Of a stretch of 64,000 bases of DNA, positions 13,301-24,900 are shown piece after piece. The stretch covers positions 1,302,001-1,366,000 of the forward strand of contig OZ251232.1 of NCBI GenBank assembly GCA_965240325.2, in the 5' to 3' direction. The notes under the pieces are model-generated. The model saw only the letters and a list, made by a program, of their open reading frames with translations, had not been told where the DNA came from and did not search any database. The DNA comes from Rebecca billardiae RCC1528 (lineage: Eukaryota > Protista > Haptophyta). Within the stretch, counting starts at the first letter, position 1, and each line of letters begins with the position of its first letter. The translations under genes were made by a program, and so were the position numbers.

Positions 13301-14332
13301 ATGTTTTCTCGGTCGTCGGCGGCGCCGGGGTGGGCGCAGGACATCCTCGCCATCCGGCACGCGGACGGGAGCATCCGCTCGACCGAGTGGTACGCGTGCT
13401 GGCAGGCGGGCCTCGGCGACGTCGACGTGTACGTCCGCGCCGCGGCCGGCGGCTCGCGCCGGCTGCTCTCGAGCGCGCGGATGCGCGGCAACACCGAGGG
13501 CGAGCCCGTGCGGTTCGTGGGCGAGGGCAGCGGCGCCGAGAGGCTGCGATCGCCGCCGGGCCTCCTCGAGCGCGAGTTCCGCGCCGGCACGCTCACCACC
13601 GGCCGCTCGATCGTCGAGTTCGTGCCCGTGGTCCCCGCGGCGGCGGCGGGCGCGGGCGCGGCAGCCATGATGCCCAAGGAGGCGCCGCCGATTGTGGGCG
13701 CGCGCGCGCGCGACCCGACGCGCGACGTGCTCGAGGCGAGCCTGTACATCTGGCCGGCGAGTGCGCAGCTGTGCATCTGCGACATCGACGGCACGATCAC
13801 CAAGTCCGACATCGGCGGGCACGTCTCCTCGTTCACGCAGCTCAGCCACGCGCACCTCGGCGTGTGCGAGGTGTTGGCCGCGATCCGCGCGCGCGGCTAC
13901 TTCCTGGTGTACGTGTCGGCGCGGCCGTTCTCCGGCGCCGTGGGGATCAAGCGCACGCGCTTCCTCCTCTTCAACATCACAAAGGACCCGCTCTCGCCCT
14001 GCCGCCCGCCACTCGGCCCGATCTTTACCTCGCAGGTGAGCGCGCAGCAGCGGCGCGCGTGTGCCCGCGCGCAACGGCTCGCTCGCATGGTCCGGGCGCA
14101 AGGGCTCGCATGGTCCGGGCGCGCCGGGCGGCGCAGATGCGCCGCGCTGCAGCCTGCCCGGCTGCGTGCTCGGGCGGCGAGCGCGTGCGCCCCGAAGCGA
14201 GTGCCGCGCACCCGCCGCGCCGCCGCGCCGCTCACCCCGCGCTCCCTCTTCCCTCACACTCCCCACCGGTTGGGGCCGCGCCCTTGTCGCCGCTCTCGCT
14301 GCGTGTGTGTGCGCGTGAACGCGCGCGCGGCA

Positions 14333-14363
<31 letters not shown>

Positions 14364-16325
14364 CGGCAGCACGGGACGCTGACGGCCCTCCGGCACGAGC
14401 TGAGCGGCAGCGCGAAGGCGGGCAAGATCGCGAGGATGGAGACCATCCGAGCACTCTTCTCAGCGTCAGGCACGCCGACGGCGCCGCCGCCCGACCCGAG
14501 CGGCCTCGGCTTCGATCAGGCGGCCGCCGAGCCGGCGCACGGCTCGGCCGCCGAGCAGCCGCAGCCAGCGGACGTCGGCGGGCTGTACGCGGGCTTCGGC
14601 AATCGCATGAAGGACGTGCAGGCGTACCAGGCGGTCGGGATCCCGTCGGCGCGCATCTTCTTTGTGAGCGCACACGGGGAGGTTCGCACGGCGCACGAGC
14701 TGAGCGAGCAGCAGCAGCACTCGGGAGGGGCGGGCAGCAGCGGCTCGGGCGCGCCCAGCCCCTCCCGAGCCGCGCCCAGCCCGGCGGGGCTCTCGTCAGC
14801 GGGCTCCGGCAGCGGCCGCTTCGGCGGCGGGCGCTTCTCGCCCTCGCGCATGCGGCCGACGATGCGCGCGACGGTCGAAGGCCGCAGCGGCGCGCGCGGC
14901 TCACAGCACGCGCAGCCGCCGGAGAGTCCGGGAGGCGTGGAGCTGCTGCCGATGGGCGGCGGCGGCAGCGGCGGCTCCGCGGGCGGCGGCCATGCGTCCA
15001 CCATGCCGTTCCTGCCGCTCTTCAGGCGCGGCAACAGCGTGGGCGCCGTCTCGGTCGGCTCGGGCAACTCGAGCGGCGCGCAGAGCGGCCCGCCCAGCCA
15101 TCCAAGCAGCGGCCTCGGCAGTATCAGCACATCGCCCTCGCCCTCGCCGTGGAAGGCGACAGGGGAGGAGGAGGCAGCGGGCGGCGCGGCCGGCGCGGCC
15201 GGCGCGGCCGGCGCGGCGGACAAGCCGCCGCGCGCGCCGACGCTCTGGCGCCCAGCCTCGGGCTCGGACGCGCTCGCGCCGCCGCCGCCTCCGAGCCACG
15301 CCGGCATCCTCGGCAAGGCTCGCACACCCGAGCCGGCGCGGCCGCACGCCAGCACGATGGGCGAGCTGCCCACGGTGCCAGCGCACCCGCTGATGCTCGA
15401 AGAGGGCGCGGGCGGCGAGCACCCGCCGCCGCCGCTCGTCTCGATGCGCTCGCGATCGTCGGGCCTCACGAGCCTGAGCGACCGGAGCGACGAGCCGCCG
15501 CCGCGGCGCGAGCGAGCAATCAGACGCCCACCGCTCTCGGTCTCGCCGCCGCCGAGCTCGCGAGAGGCGTGCGCGCGCCCGGTCTCCGGCGCCGCCAGCA
15601 CGGCCGGTGCGGCCGGCGGCGGCGGCGCGCACGCCGCCGCGCCGGTCGGCCTGCGCTCGTTCCGCTCGTTCAAGCGCGAGGGCACGATGGACGCCCTCTT
15701 CCCGCTGTGCTGCGCGCTCGCCGTGCACGAGCACGCGTGCTCGCAGCTGTCCGTGCCGCCCGAGCTGCGCGCGTTCGTGCTGCCGCAGCAGCAGCTGGCG
15801 CCGGCGCCGCCGCACGGGAAGCACGACAGCGCCGCCCCCCCGGCGGCGGACCCGGCGCGAGAGCACACGCTCACCGAGCCGGCCGCCGCGGCCGGCGGCG
15901 GCACGGCCGGCACCGCGGCGGGCCGCGACGCGCCGCGCGCGCGCGCGCGGCTGGCGCCGCGCGGGCTCGATCTCGACCTGGGCGACGAGGGCGGCGCCGA
16001 CGACGAGCCGCCGCCGCCGCTGCTCCGGGTGGGCGGCAGCAGCAGCCTCCACGCATTCCCCGGTGGCAGCTCCATCTCCACCATCAGCGCGGGCGACCTG
16101 GACCACCTCGCCGTCCCGGCGGTTGGGGCAGGGGATGACCGCCCCGGCGCCATCACCCCGAGCCGGCTGCAGCGGCCGAGCCTCGAGGCGCGCGCGGGCG
16201 TGCTGCGCAAGACGCAGAGCACGCGGAACGCGCTCGCGCCCGTCGGCGTGGTCGTGCCTCCGGACCAGCCGCCCGCACCGCTGCCTGTGCCGGCGTCGTC
16301 CGCATCGGCATCATCGTCGTCCTGA
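13301..16325 (+). CDS. Lipin/Pah1-type phosphatidate phosphatase (LNS2 HAD domain)
   Basis: Lipin-N-like DILAIRHADGSIRST; catalytic CDIDGTITKSD; VYVSARP; intron 14036-14369; LYAGFGNRMKDVQAYQAVGIPSARIF; long disordered tail. Confidence 0.9.
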
Positions 16326-17086
16326 GAGGACAGAGGCACAGGCAGACGGGCTGATGAGACGGACGATGACCGCCGGACATCCGGCGGTCCGGACGACGAT
16401 GTCGATGACGGCAGACGGAGATGTCAGATGTTAACGGATGTCACGGACGCGGATGAGACAGTCTCCAGGCACTTGCGCCACTACTTGGCAAGTGACTGAG
16501 TAGTTCAATTCCGGGAGTCTAGCAGTGCTACCTTCCGTCGTCGTCGGATACTTTTTATAATTATCGAATGGCGATTACCGGGTTATTATTCTAGTCGTCA
16601 GCACTACCGCCTGATGTCGCTGCTGATATGCTGATCGCGACGATATTCAGCATGCAGCGCATCAGCCGCACTCGTCAGGTTACGCGACTTACAACGGTAG
16701 CATGCCTCAGGCTTCAGGCCCACATGTTTCGCCGCTGCCAGCAGCCAGTAATTCGGTCGGCGCCGCCTCAGCCGGCGCCGTGCCGCATTGCGCCGTCACC
16801 GGTCACCGCCAGTGCCTGACCGCCAGTGGCTGCTTGCCGCTTGAGGATGCGCCGGAGCCCCTGATGATCCGATGACGAGTGTCGCCCGTGCACTTGGCGC
16901 TGACCGACGCGTGAATACGTATCGCCAGTCCGCGCGCCGCCGGACGACATGTCTGCCGCCGCTGCCGAGGCTCCGCCCGAGGCTGCGGCGCGCTGCATCG
17001 AGAATCGCGCACTGCCGCCATGTGCCGATGAGCGGCACGTGCGGCGCATGGCCGACGGGCGCGTCGGCATCGCCCCGAGCCGCTCA

Positions 17087-17512
17087 TCACTTCGCCGAGA
17101 ACGACGTGCCGCATCCGCACGACGCCTCGGAGTTTGGGTTCTCGCTGACGACGAACGAGGAGCGGACCATCTCCTGCACGTAGTCCACGGTCGCGCCCCG
17201 CAGGAACTCGAGCGAGAGCGCGTCGACGACGACAGCCGCGCCATCCTGCTCGAAGACGCGGTCTTTCGAGCCCTCCGCCGCCGCCTGATCCACCAGCTTG
17301 AACGTGTACTGGAAGCCCGAGCAGCCGCCGCTGTCCACCGCGACCCGGAGCATCTTTGGCCCGTCCCGCTCGGAGATGTGCCGCAGCTGCTCCACGCAGC
17401 TGGGCGTGATGTGCACGGCTTCGGCGGCGGATGAGCAAAGCGCACGCCCCGCGAGCGCGGCGCGCCCGGCCATTGGCGCGCGCAGCAGGCCACCCAACCT
17501 AAGTGACATCAT
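17087..17512 (-). CDS. ISCA2: Mitochondrial A-type Fe-S cluster assembly protein (HesB/IscA family)
   Basis: Presequence; LRVAVDSGGCSGFQY; VVVDALSLEFLRGATVDY; C-terminal CGCGTSF. Confidence 0.92.
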   Translation of the reverse strand: MMSLRLGGLLRAPMAGRAALAGRALCSSAAEAVHITPSCVEQLRHISERDGPKMLRVAVDSGGCSGFQYTFKLVDQAAAEGSKDRVFEQDGAAVVVDALSLEFLRGATVDYVQEMVRSSFVVSENPNSEASCGCGTSFSAK

Positions 17513-17699
17513 GGCGGCGGATGCAGCCGGCGGAGGCCCCGCGCACAGCTCCTTCGCGTCGCGATGCACACCAATGGCTGCTGTAATAGAGCTGTTGTAC
17601 CCACTTACTACTACTTACTTATGGCAAGTGCGGGTAAACCACTTCGCGATACTCTCGTCTCACGTCCCCCGCGTACACACACGGCTCCTTGCGCACGCC

Positions 17700-18578
17700 A
17701 TGTCGGCGCCGGCCGCCGCGGACGCGTCGCTCTCGCTGGCCACGCGGCTCGCGCGCTACGTGCGCCTCTCGCCCTACTCCGTCCTCGGCAGCCAGCTCAC
17801 CACCGACCGGCGCATGGAGATGCGCGCCGAGCACCCGCCGCCGAGCTGCCTCTTCGTCGACCCTGCTGGACTGCCCTTCATCCAGGAGCTCGGCCCGAGC
17901 CTGGCCGCGGGCGCGGCCGGCGCAATCTACGACTTCCTCGGGATTCGCTCGGACGAGGCCTTCCCCGACGACGTGCGCGCGCACGTAACCGACACGGGCC
18001 GCGCGCGGTGGCACACGTACACTGTCGAGACAGAGGGCGTGGCCGTGACGCGCAACTGCTGCCACGTGGTCGGGCCCAACTTCGCGGAGCTGTACGGGCC
18101 CTCGCCGTTCCCCGACGAGGACGGCGTCGTCGACGACCCGGACATCGACGCGCAGCGCCGCGAGGCCGAGGCGCACCTGACCGCGTGCTACGCGGCCGTG
18201 CTCATCGAATTCCGGCGGAGTGGCCTCCACCACCTCCGGCTGCTGCCGATCTCCGGCGGGATCTTCGCGGGCAAGTTCCGCGGGGAGATCTACGGGCTCA
18301 CGTTCCGCGCGCTGGCGCGCGCGCTGCGCGCGCTGGACGAGGACACGGCCGCCGCGATCCTGCGCGGCGGCGGCGGCGCCGCTGCCGCCGGGGCAAGCGG
18401 CGGCGCGGCGGCGGCCACCCAGGCGCCGCCGTCGGGTCCGCTGATCGAGATGTGCGTCTTCGAGGAGGCGCAGCTCGGCGCGTTCGAGCAGGCGATGGCC
18501 GCAGAGCTCGGGCCGCTCGCCGCCGTCGCGCCCGCCGCGCCAGACCCCTCGGCGCCGGCGGGCGGCAGGGGCGGCTAG
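17700..18578 (+). CDS. Macro-domain-like (ADP-ribose binding/hydrolase) protein
   Basis: VDPAG...AAGAAGAIY, CHVVGPNF, CYAAVL and LLPISGGIFAG match macro-domain motifs. Confidence 0.7.
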   Translation: MSAPAAADASLSLATRLARYVRLSPYSVLGSQLTTDRRMEMRAEHPPPSCLFVDPAGLPFIQELGPSLAAGAAGAIYDFLGIRSDEAFPDDVRAHVTDTGRARWHTYTVETEGVAVTRNCCHVVGPNFAELYGPSPFPDEDGVVDDPDIDAQRREAEAHLTACYAAVLIEFRRSGLHHLRLLPISGGIFAGKFRGEIYGLTFRALARALRALDEDTAAAILRGGGGAAAAGASGGAAAATQAPPSGPLIEMCVFEEAQLGAFEQAMAAELGPLAAVAPAAPDPSAPAGGRGG

Positions 18579-18950
18579 GGCTCACTGCCCCGAGCAGGCT
18601 TCGATGGTTAGCATCGAGCGGCCTGCCGGCTGCACACACTGGCCCAGGCCGAGTGTGCAGTGCAGGGGCATGTGCGGCGTGACGCGGCTGATGGTAGCAG
18701 CAGCCGCTACGGCGCCGCTCCTGTCCGTCGCGGATCCCGTAATCGCGTGCGCGAGCGGCGGATGACCGTTGTGCGGTGACGAATGCGCGCGCGCGTGGTG
18801 CCGCACCGTGGTGCGCCACTGCGCGCTTCGGATATCGGTGATGATACACTGACGAGTGACTGCACTGCTATATATACGTACGATACGCCGCGTGCCGTGA
18901 TGCATTCGTCTGCGCTGCTATATCGTTCTATCATATATCGCGTCGTCAGA

Positions 18951-21900
18951 TCAATCCACCGGCCACCGCGGGCTGCCGCCAGCCACGGGCGAGGCACCGC
19001 TTGCGGAGCCACCCGACGGCGATGAGCCGCCCCCCGACTCGGAGCGCCGCCTGCGCTGCGCGCGCCGCTCCGCGAGCGCGTCCTTCTGCTGCTTGAGCCG
19101 CAGCCGCTCCATCTCGATCCAGCGCGCCGGGTCGGCCGTCGCAGCCGCCCCTCGTGCCGCGCTCGGGCGTTCGAGTGCGTCGTCCGGGCCGGGAGGCGGG
19201 TCGGAGACGGAGAGCGTGGGTGAACTGTGCGCCGTGCGCATGCGTGGCGGGCGCGCGGCCGGCGGCGCCGCGCCGCCGGCTGGGGGGTCGGGCACGGTCG
19301 GCGGCGGTGGCGCGTCAGCGCGTGCCTCGGCCGAGCGCGCGTCCGCATCGTCCGCGCGGGGCATGCCGCCACCGCCGCCGCCGTCCGCGGGCGCGCGCGG
19401 CGGCGGCTGCCGCGCCGAGCGCGGCTGGCAGTGCGCTGTGGACGACGGCGGCTGCTCGCCCGAGCGCGCCTCGCGCTCGACAAACGGCCGGACGCGCGCG
19501 CCGTCCTCCGCGGCGCTGAGCCACTCGTCTTCGTCCGAGTCCGCGCCGTCATAGCTCACCTTGAACTCCGGCGGCGCGCCCGCGCGCGCGGCGGCGCGGC
19601 GCGAGAGCACGCGCGCGTGCCGCCACGCGTCGGCGTCCTCCGCACGCGCGGCCTCGTCGTCCGCGCGGCAGACAAGCACGCGCGCGCCAGGCGCAAGCTG
19701 AGACCAGACCACAGCGCGCACACCCGCACCGCCGGCGGCGGCGGCGGCGGCGGCCTCGGGCGGCGCGGCGGTGCGCGGCGGCGCGCGTGCCGCCGCCGGC
19801 TCGCCAACGGGAGCGGCGGGGCGCGGCGGCGGCGAGGGCTCTCGCGGCGGCGGGCCGGCGCGCGCCGCCGCGTGCGGCCACGCAGGCTGCTGCGGCGCGG
19901 GCTGCGGCTGCTGCGGCGCCGGCGTCGGCGGCGTCGGCTGCGGCGGCGTCGGCGGCGTCAGCTGCTCGGCGTTGGCCGACGCAAGCGGCACCGCGGCGTC
20001 GTGCGGCGTCGGCGGCGGCGCAATCTCGGGCACAACCTCGGGCGCAATCTCGCGCGCAATCTCGCGCGCAATCTCGGGCGCAATCTCGGGCGCAATCTCG
20101 GGCTCCGACCTGGCCGCCGTGGGCTGCTGCTGCGGCGGCGCGGTGGGCAGCTCCGGCAGCGGCTCGAGGGACGCGAGGGAGATGCGACCTCTCGAAGAGG
20201 AGCGCGCGGGCGGCGCCGGCCGGCCGGCCGAGCGCGCGCCCGGCCGTCCGCCCGAGCGCGGCGGCTGCGCGGGTGGGAAGGCTGTGGGAAAGAGTCCTTC
20301 CGCGTAGGCTCCGAATGGATCGACTCCGGAAGAGTCCGGGGGGCCGCCGGCGGAGGCGCGCGCGCCGCTGCCGCGGTGGCGCGCGCCGCGTCGGCCGAGC
20401 GCGCCGCCGCCGCCGCCGCCGGCCTCCTCCTCCTCCTCCTCGTCCTCATCGCCCCCCGACTTGGCCCAGAGCAGGCTGGGCGGCGCCGCGCCGTGCGTGC
20501 CGACGGCCGGCCGCGGACGCGCCGGCGGCTGCGCGCTGCCAGGGCCGGCGGTGGCGTCGGCGTGCCTCGCGCCCTCGGCCGCGCCCGCGGCGCCGCCCGT
20601 CGGCGTTCCAACGCCACCGCCGCCCCCCGCGCCCAGCCGAAACACCGCCACCTGCGACGAGGGCGGGTGCGCGAAGCGGTGGAGGCTGGCCGCGTCGTCG
20701 GCGGCGCCGTCCGCGTCGGCGGCGGCGTGCGCGGCCGCGCGCGCGCGCTCGGCGGCGCCCGCGCCGCCGCCGCTCGACGCGAGCGCGGAGACGGTTCGGC
20801 GCTGCGCGAGCGAGCGCGACTCGGCCGCGGCCATCTCCTCCTCCGCGCGGCGCAGCTTACTCATGTGAGTATCGTCCCCGAGCGGGCGCATGCCGGCCAG
20901 CTTGAGTCGAAGTGCCTGCGCCGCCGCGTGCAGCGCCGCCGCCGAGCACGGCAGCGCAAGCCGCGCGGGCGCGGGCTCGGGCGCGGGCGGCGCGTGCGGC
21001 TGGGCTGCCGGCTCGGCGCCGTCCGCGCCGCGCGCACCGCCGCCGTGCTCGCGCGCCTGCTCCTCCTCCTCGTCCGTCGCGAACCGCCCGTACTGCGAGA
21101 GCGGCGAGTCTGAAGGCGTGACATGCACGACGCCGTAACAGCCAGCGTAACAGCCGGCGGTCGGGCGCGCGGCGGCGGCGGCGGCGGCGGCGGGGCTGCG
21201 GCCGTCTGCGGAGGCGGCGGTGCCGGCCGCGCCGAGGCCGCGCCGCGCGCGCAGCTCGTAGAGCCACACGCCCGGCGCGCGCACGGCCACGCGCACGCAC
21301 GCGCCCGGCGGCAGCAGCGCCGTGCGCACCGCCGCGGGCTGCGCGGTGTGTAGCAGCAGGGCCACCTGCGCGCGCGTGTGCGGGACTGCCGCGCGCACGC
21401 CGCCGCGCAGCTGGGTGAAGCGCACGCTCGCGACGGCGCCGCTGCCGCCGGGCGGCGGCGAGGGCGCCGCTGCCGCGCCCACGCCGGCACCCGCCATCCC
21501 TGCCTGCCACGCATCCGCCAACGCCGCGCCGCCGCCCTGCTGCTGCTGCTGCTGCTGCTGCTGCGACCGCGGCACGCCCTCGCCCCAGGAGGCGGCCTTG
21601 CTCGCCGCGCCGGCGTCGGCGGCGAAGCACAGCACGGCGGAGGAGGGTACGGTATGGAACGCCACCGCCTCCGCGCGCCTCGGCGCCGCCGCGCCCGCCG
21701 ACGCCCCCGTCGTCGACTGCGCCGCCGCGCGCGACCGGCTGGCAGCGAGCGCTCGCGCCCAACTGTCATCGTCGGCACCGCCGTCGCCGCCGCCGCCGCC
21801 GCCGTCGGCGCCGTCCGGCGCGGCGCCGTCGGCCTCGGCGGCGGCGCCGGCGGCGCGCAGCTCGGCGGTGGCGTCGATCGCGTGCGCCAGAGGCGCCGCG

Positions 21901-24900
21901 TCGCTCGCCGCGAGCGCCGAGCGCCACCTGCCCAGCGCGGCGCGCGCCTCAGCCGACAGCGGCGGCAGTTCCAGCTTGGCGAGCAGATAGTTGGCGGCGT
22001 CGCGCACGCGCGTCACGTGCGCGGCGGGGAGGCCGAAGGAGGCGGGCGGCGGCGGTGGGCGCGACGCGGCGTCGGCGCCGGCCTCTCGCGCCGCCGCGTG
22101 CGCCGCCGCGCTCTCAGCCACCGCCGCCGCCGCCGCCGCCGCCGCGTTGGCGCGCCGCGTCTCGCGGAGGTGCTTCTCGACCGCGCGCATGTCGCGCGCG
22201 GCGCACAGCCACAGCGAGGCGGGCGCGGCGGCGGCGCGGCCGGCGTGCGCGCCGGTGGGCTCGTCGGCGCTCGAGCCCCCGGCGTCGGAGTGCTCGTCCG
22301 AGCACACACTCGACGCCGCGCCCTCCTCCTCTCCGAGCAGCCCGGGCACACCCGCCGTCGGCACGGCACCGCCGCCGCCGCCTCCTCCTCCGCCCACGCC
22401 GTGCGTCGCGCCCGCCGCCTCGGCCGCCGGGATGGCCTCCTCCTTCACCGGCTCGGCGTGCGGCACGTGCGCGAGGGGCAGCGAGGTCTGCAGCAGCACG
22501 AGCTCGGGCCCGGCGCCCGGCGCCTCCGCCGCGCCGCCCTCGCCAAAGCGCAGCCCGAGCCATCGCCAGTCGAGCTCTCGCGCGCCAAGCCGGGCGCCGC
22601 CGGCCGCGTCCGCGCCGCCGTCCGCCATCGCCACGACGGCCGCGCCCGCGCCCGCGTCGGCGCGCGCAAACGCGAAGACGCAGCGCCGGAGCGAGTGCAG
22701 CTCGACCGGGAGGCCGAGCGCCAGCGCCATCGCGCGCAGCCGCGGCACCGCCGCGCGCCAGAACGAACGCACCGCAGTGGGCGGCCCCGCTCCCAGCTTG
22801 AAGTTGAGCACGTCCAGCGCGAGCGAGAGCAGCTCGATCTGCTGGTACCGGCGCACGAGCGCCGCCTCGACGGACGCGAGCATGTCCGTGCGCGCCTCGG
22901 ACGCCAGCGCCCGGTACGCCACGGCGCGTGCGTACGTCAGCAGCATCGCGCGTGACATGCCGAGCTCGGCCGCGCGCGACGCGAGCCGGGCGCGCGCGCG
23001 CTGCCGCAGCATGAGTCCCTCGCTCACAGGCGCGCCCGCCGGCACGCCGCGCCGCCCCGCCGCCGCGCGCGCGGCGGCGGCCGCCTCCGCCAAGCCCACC
23101 GCCCAGCACACGGCGGTGCGGCGCTCCGAAGCGTACACGGAAACCGGCGCGAACGGCGGCGCGCCGGGCTCTGAGATCGCGCCGAACCGCGCGCCACCCG
23201 GCTCTGGCTGGCCGCCGCCGCCGAAGCCGCCGCCGCTCGCGTCCGGCGCGGGGCACACGCAGAAGCCGAGCCACGGAGGCGGCAGCCGTCGTCGCGCGCG
23301 CTCGGCCGCGGCCGCGCCGCCGCCCGCCGTCGGCCGCGCGCGCCCGTCTCCGGGGATCATGCGCACCCACACCGCCTCCAGCGGGAGACGCGTGCCTCTG
23401 CCCGCGGCCGCGCTCGCTGCGTCGTCGCTCACGACGAGGGCGCAGCCGTCGGCGCTCAGCGCGAGCCAGCACCGGCGGAGCGCGGCCGCCGCGGGCTCGG
23501 CCGGCGGCGGCGCGCGCGCTCGCGCCTCCGCGCGCCCGCCGGCGCCGCGCCGCAGCCAGCTCGGCCGCAGGCCGAGAGCGGTGGCGAGGCAGTGCGCGAG
23601 TGCAGGCGGATCGCGCGGCGCCACGGCGCGACGACGCGACGCGCCGGCCGCGCGCGCGTACTGCGGCGGCGGCGGCGCGACCCACAGCGCCGCGCCGCGG
23701 CGGAGCGCGGCCGCGCGCGCGGGCGCGCGCACGGCGTCGCGCGCCGCGCGCAGCTGCAGCCGCAGCGTGCGCTGCGACGCGCGCTCGGAGAGCACCGCGC
23801 GCGCACCGCTCTCCAGTCGCGCCTCAAGGTGGCTCACCTGGCGCTCGAGCGAGGCGGCGCGCGCGCTCGCCGCCGCGGCCTCGGCCGCGCGCGTGCGCGC
23901 CTTGGCGCGCGCGCGCTGCGCGGCCGCCGCGAGGTCGAGCACACCCTGCCGGCGCGCGGCGTACAGGGAGGGCAGCGCGGGCGCGCGGCAGCCGCCGCCG
24001 CCGAGCAGGCCGGCGGCGACGGCGCTGCGCCGACTCGCCGGCGAAACAGCCGAGCCCAGGCCAAACACGCCACCGCCCGCGCCCAGCCCGACGCCCGCGC
24101 CGGAGCCGCGGCGCGGGCTCAGCCGGCTGTCGGCCAGCGCCGACGGCACGAGGGCCCCCGACTCAGCCGCGTGGCGCGCGCGCCGCGCCGTCGCGAGCGC
24201 GGCCGCCTCCGCCCACGCGCCGACCGCGCGGCACAGCGTCGCCACGCGCCTGCGCTCGCGCGAGACGGCGACCGAGCGCTCCGTCGCCGCGCTCGAGTGG
24301 CGCTGCTCGCCGGAGCCGCGCGCCGCGCGCGCCAGTGCGTACAGCTTGGAGCGCTGCGCCAGCAGCGGCGCCACGCGCGCCGCGCGCGCCTCGGCGCGCG
24401 AGAGCGAGATCGACGCGGCGCGCCAGCGCGACAGCAGCGCGCGTTGGCTCGACTCGTGCGCGTGTGCCATCACGCAGCGCACGGCAGCGACCGCCGCGAG
24501 CGCGCGCGCCGACTCGGCCGCGCCGCGCGCGCCCGGAGACGCCCGTGCCGCCGCCGGGCCGAGATACGAGCTCGAGATCGGCGCGAGATTCGTGCTCGAG
24601 ATCGGCGCGAGATACGAGCTCGAGATCGGCGCGAGATTCGTGCTCGCCGAGAGCTGCCGTCGCCAGTCGTCTGTGCGCTGCTGCGCGTCGCCGCGGGCAT
24701 GCGCCTCGTCGGCCGTGCGCAGCGGCACGCCGCCGAGCCCGCCGTCTGCGCCCGGCGCGGCGCCGCCGCCCGCGCCCGCCACCGCGTCCGACAGCAGCGC
24801 CCACGACAGCCCTGTATCCGCGTCGTGATAGTAGATATCACCCTCGCCTACCCACGTGGGTACGGCTACCCACGTGGGTACGGCGCCCGCGCCCGGCGAG

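Noticed and set aside
16540-16554. 15-mer GTCGTCGGATACTTT also at 58732-58746 beside the MITE
   Set aside because: Only two copies with no extended similarity; could be chance in compositionally biased spacers.
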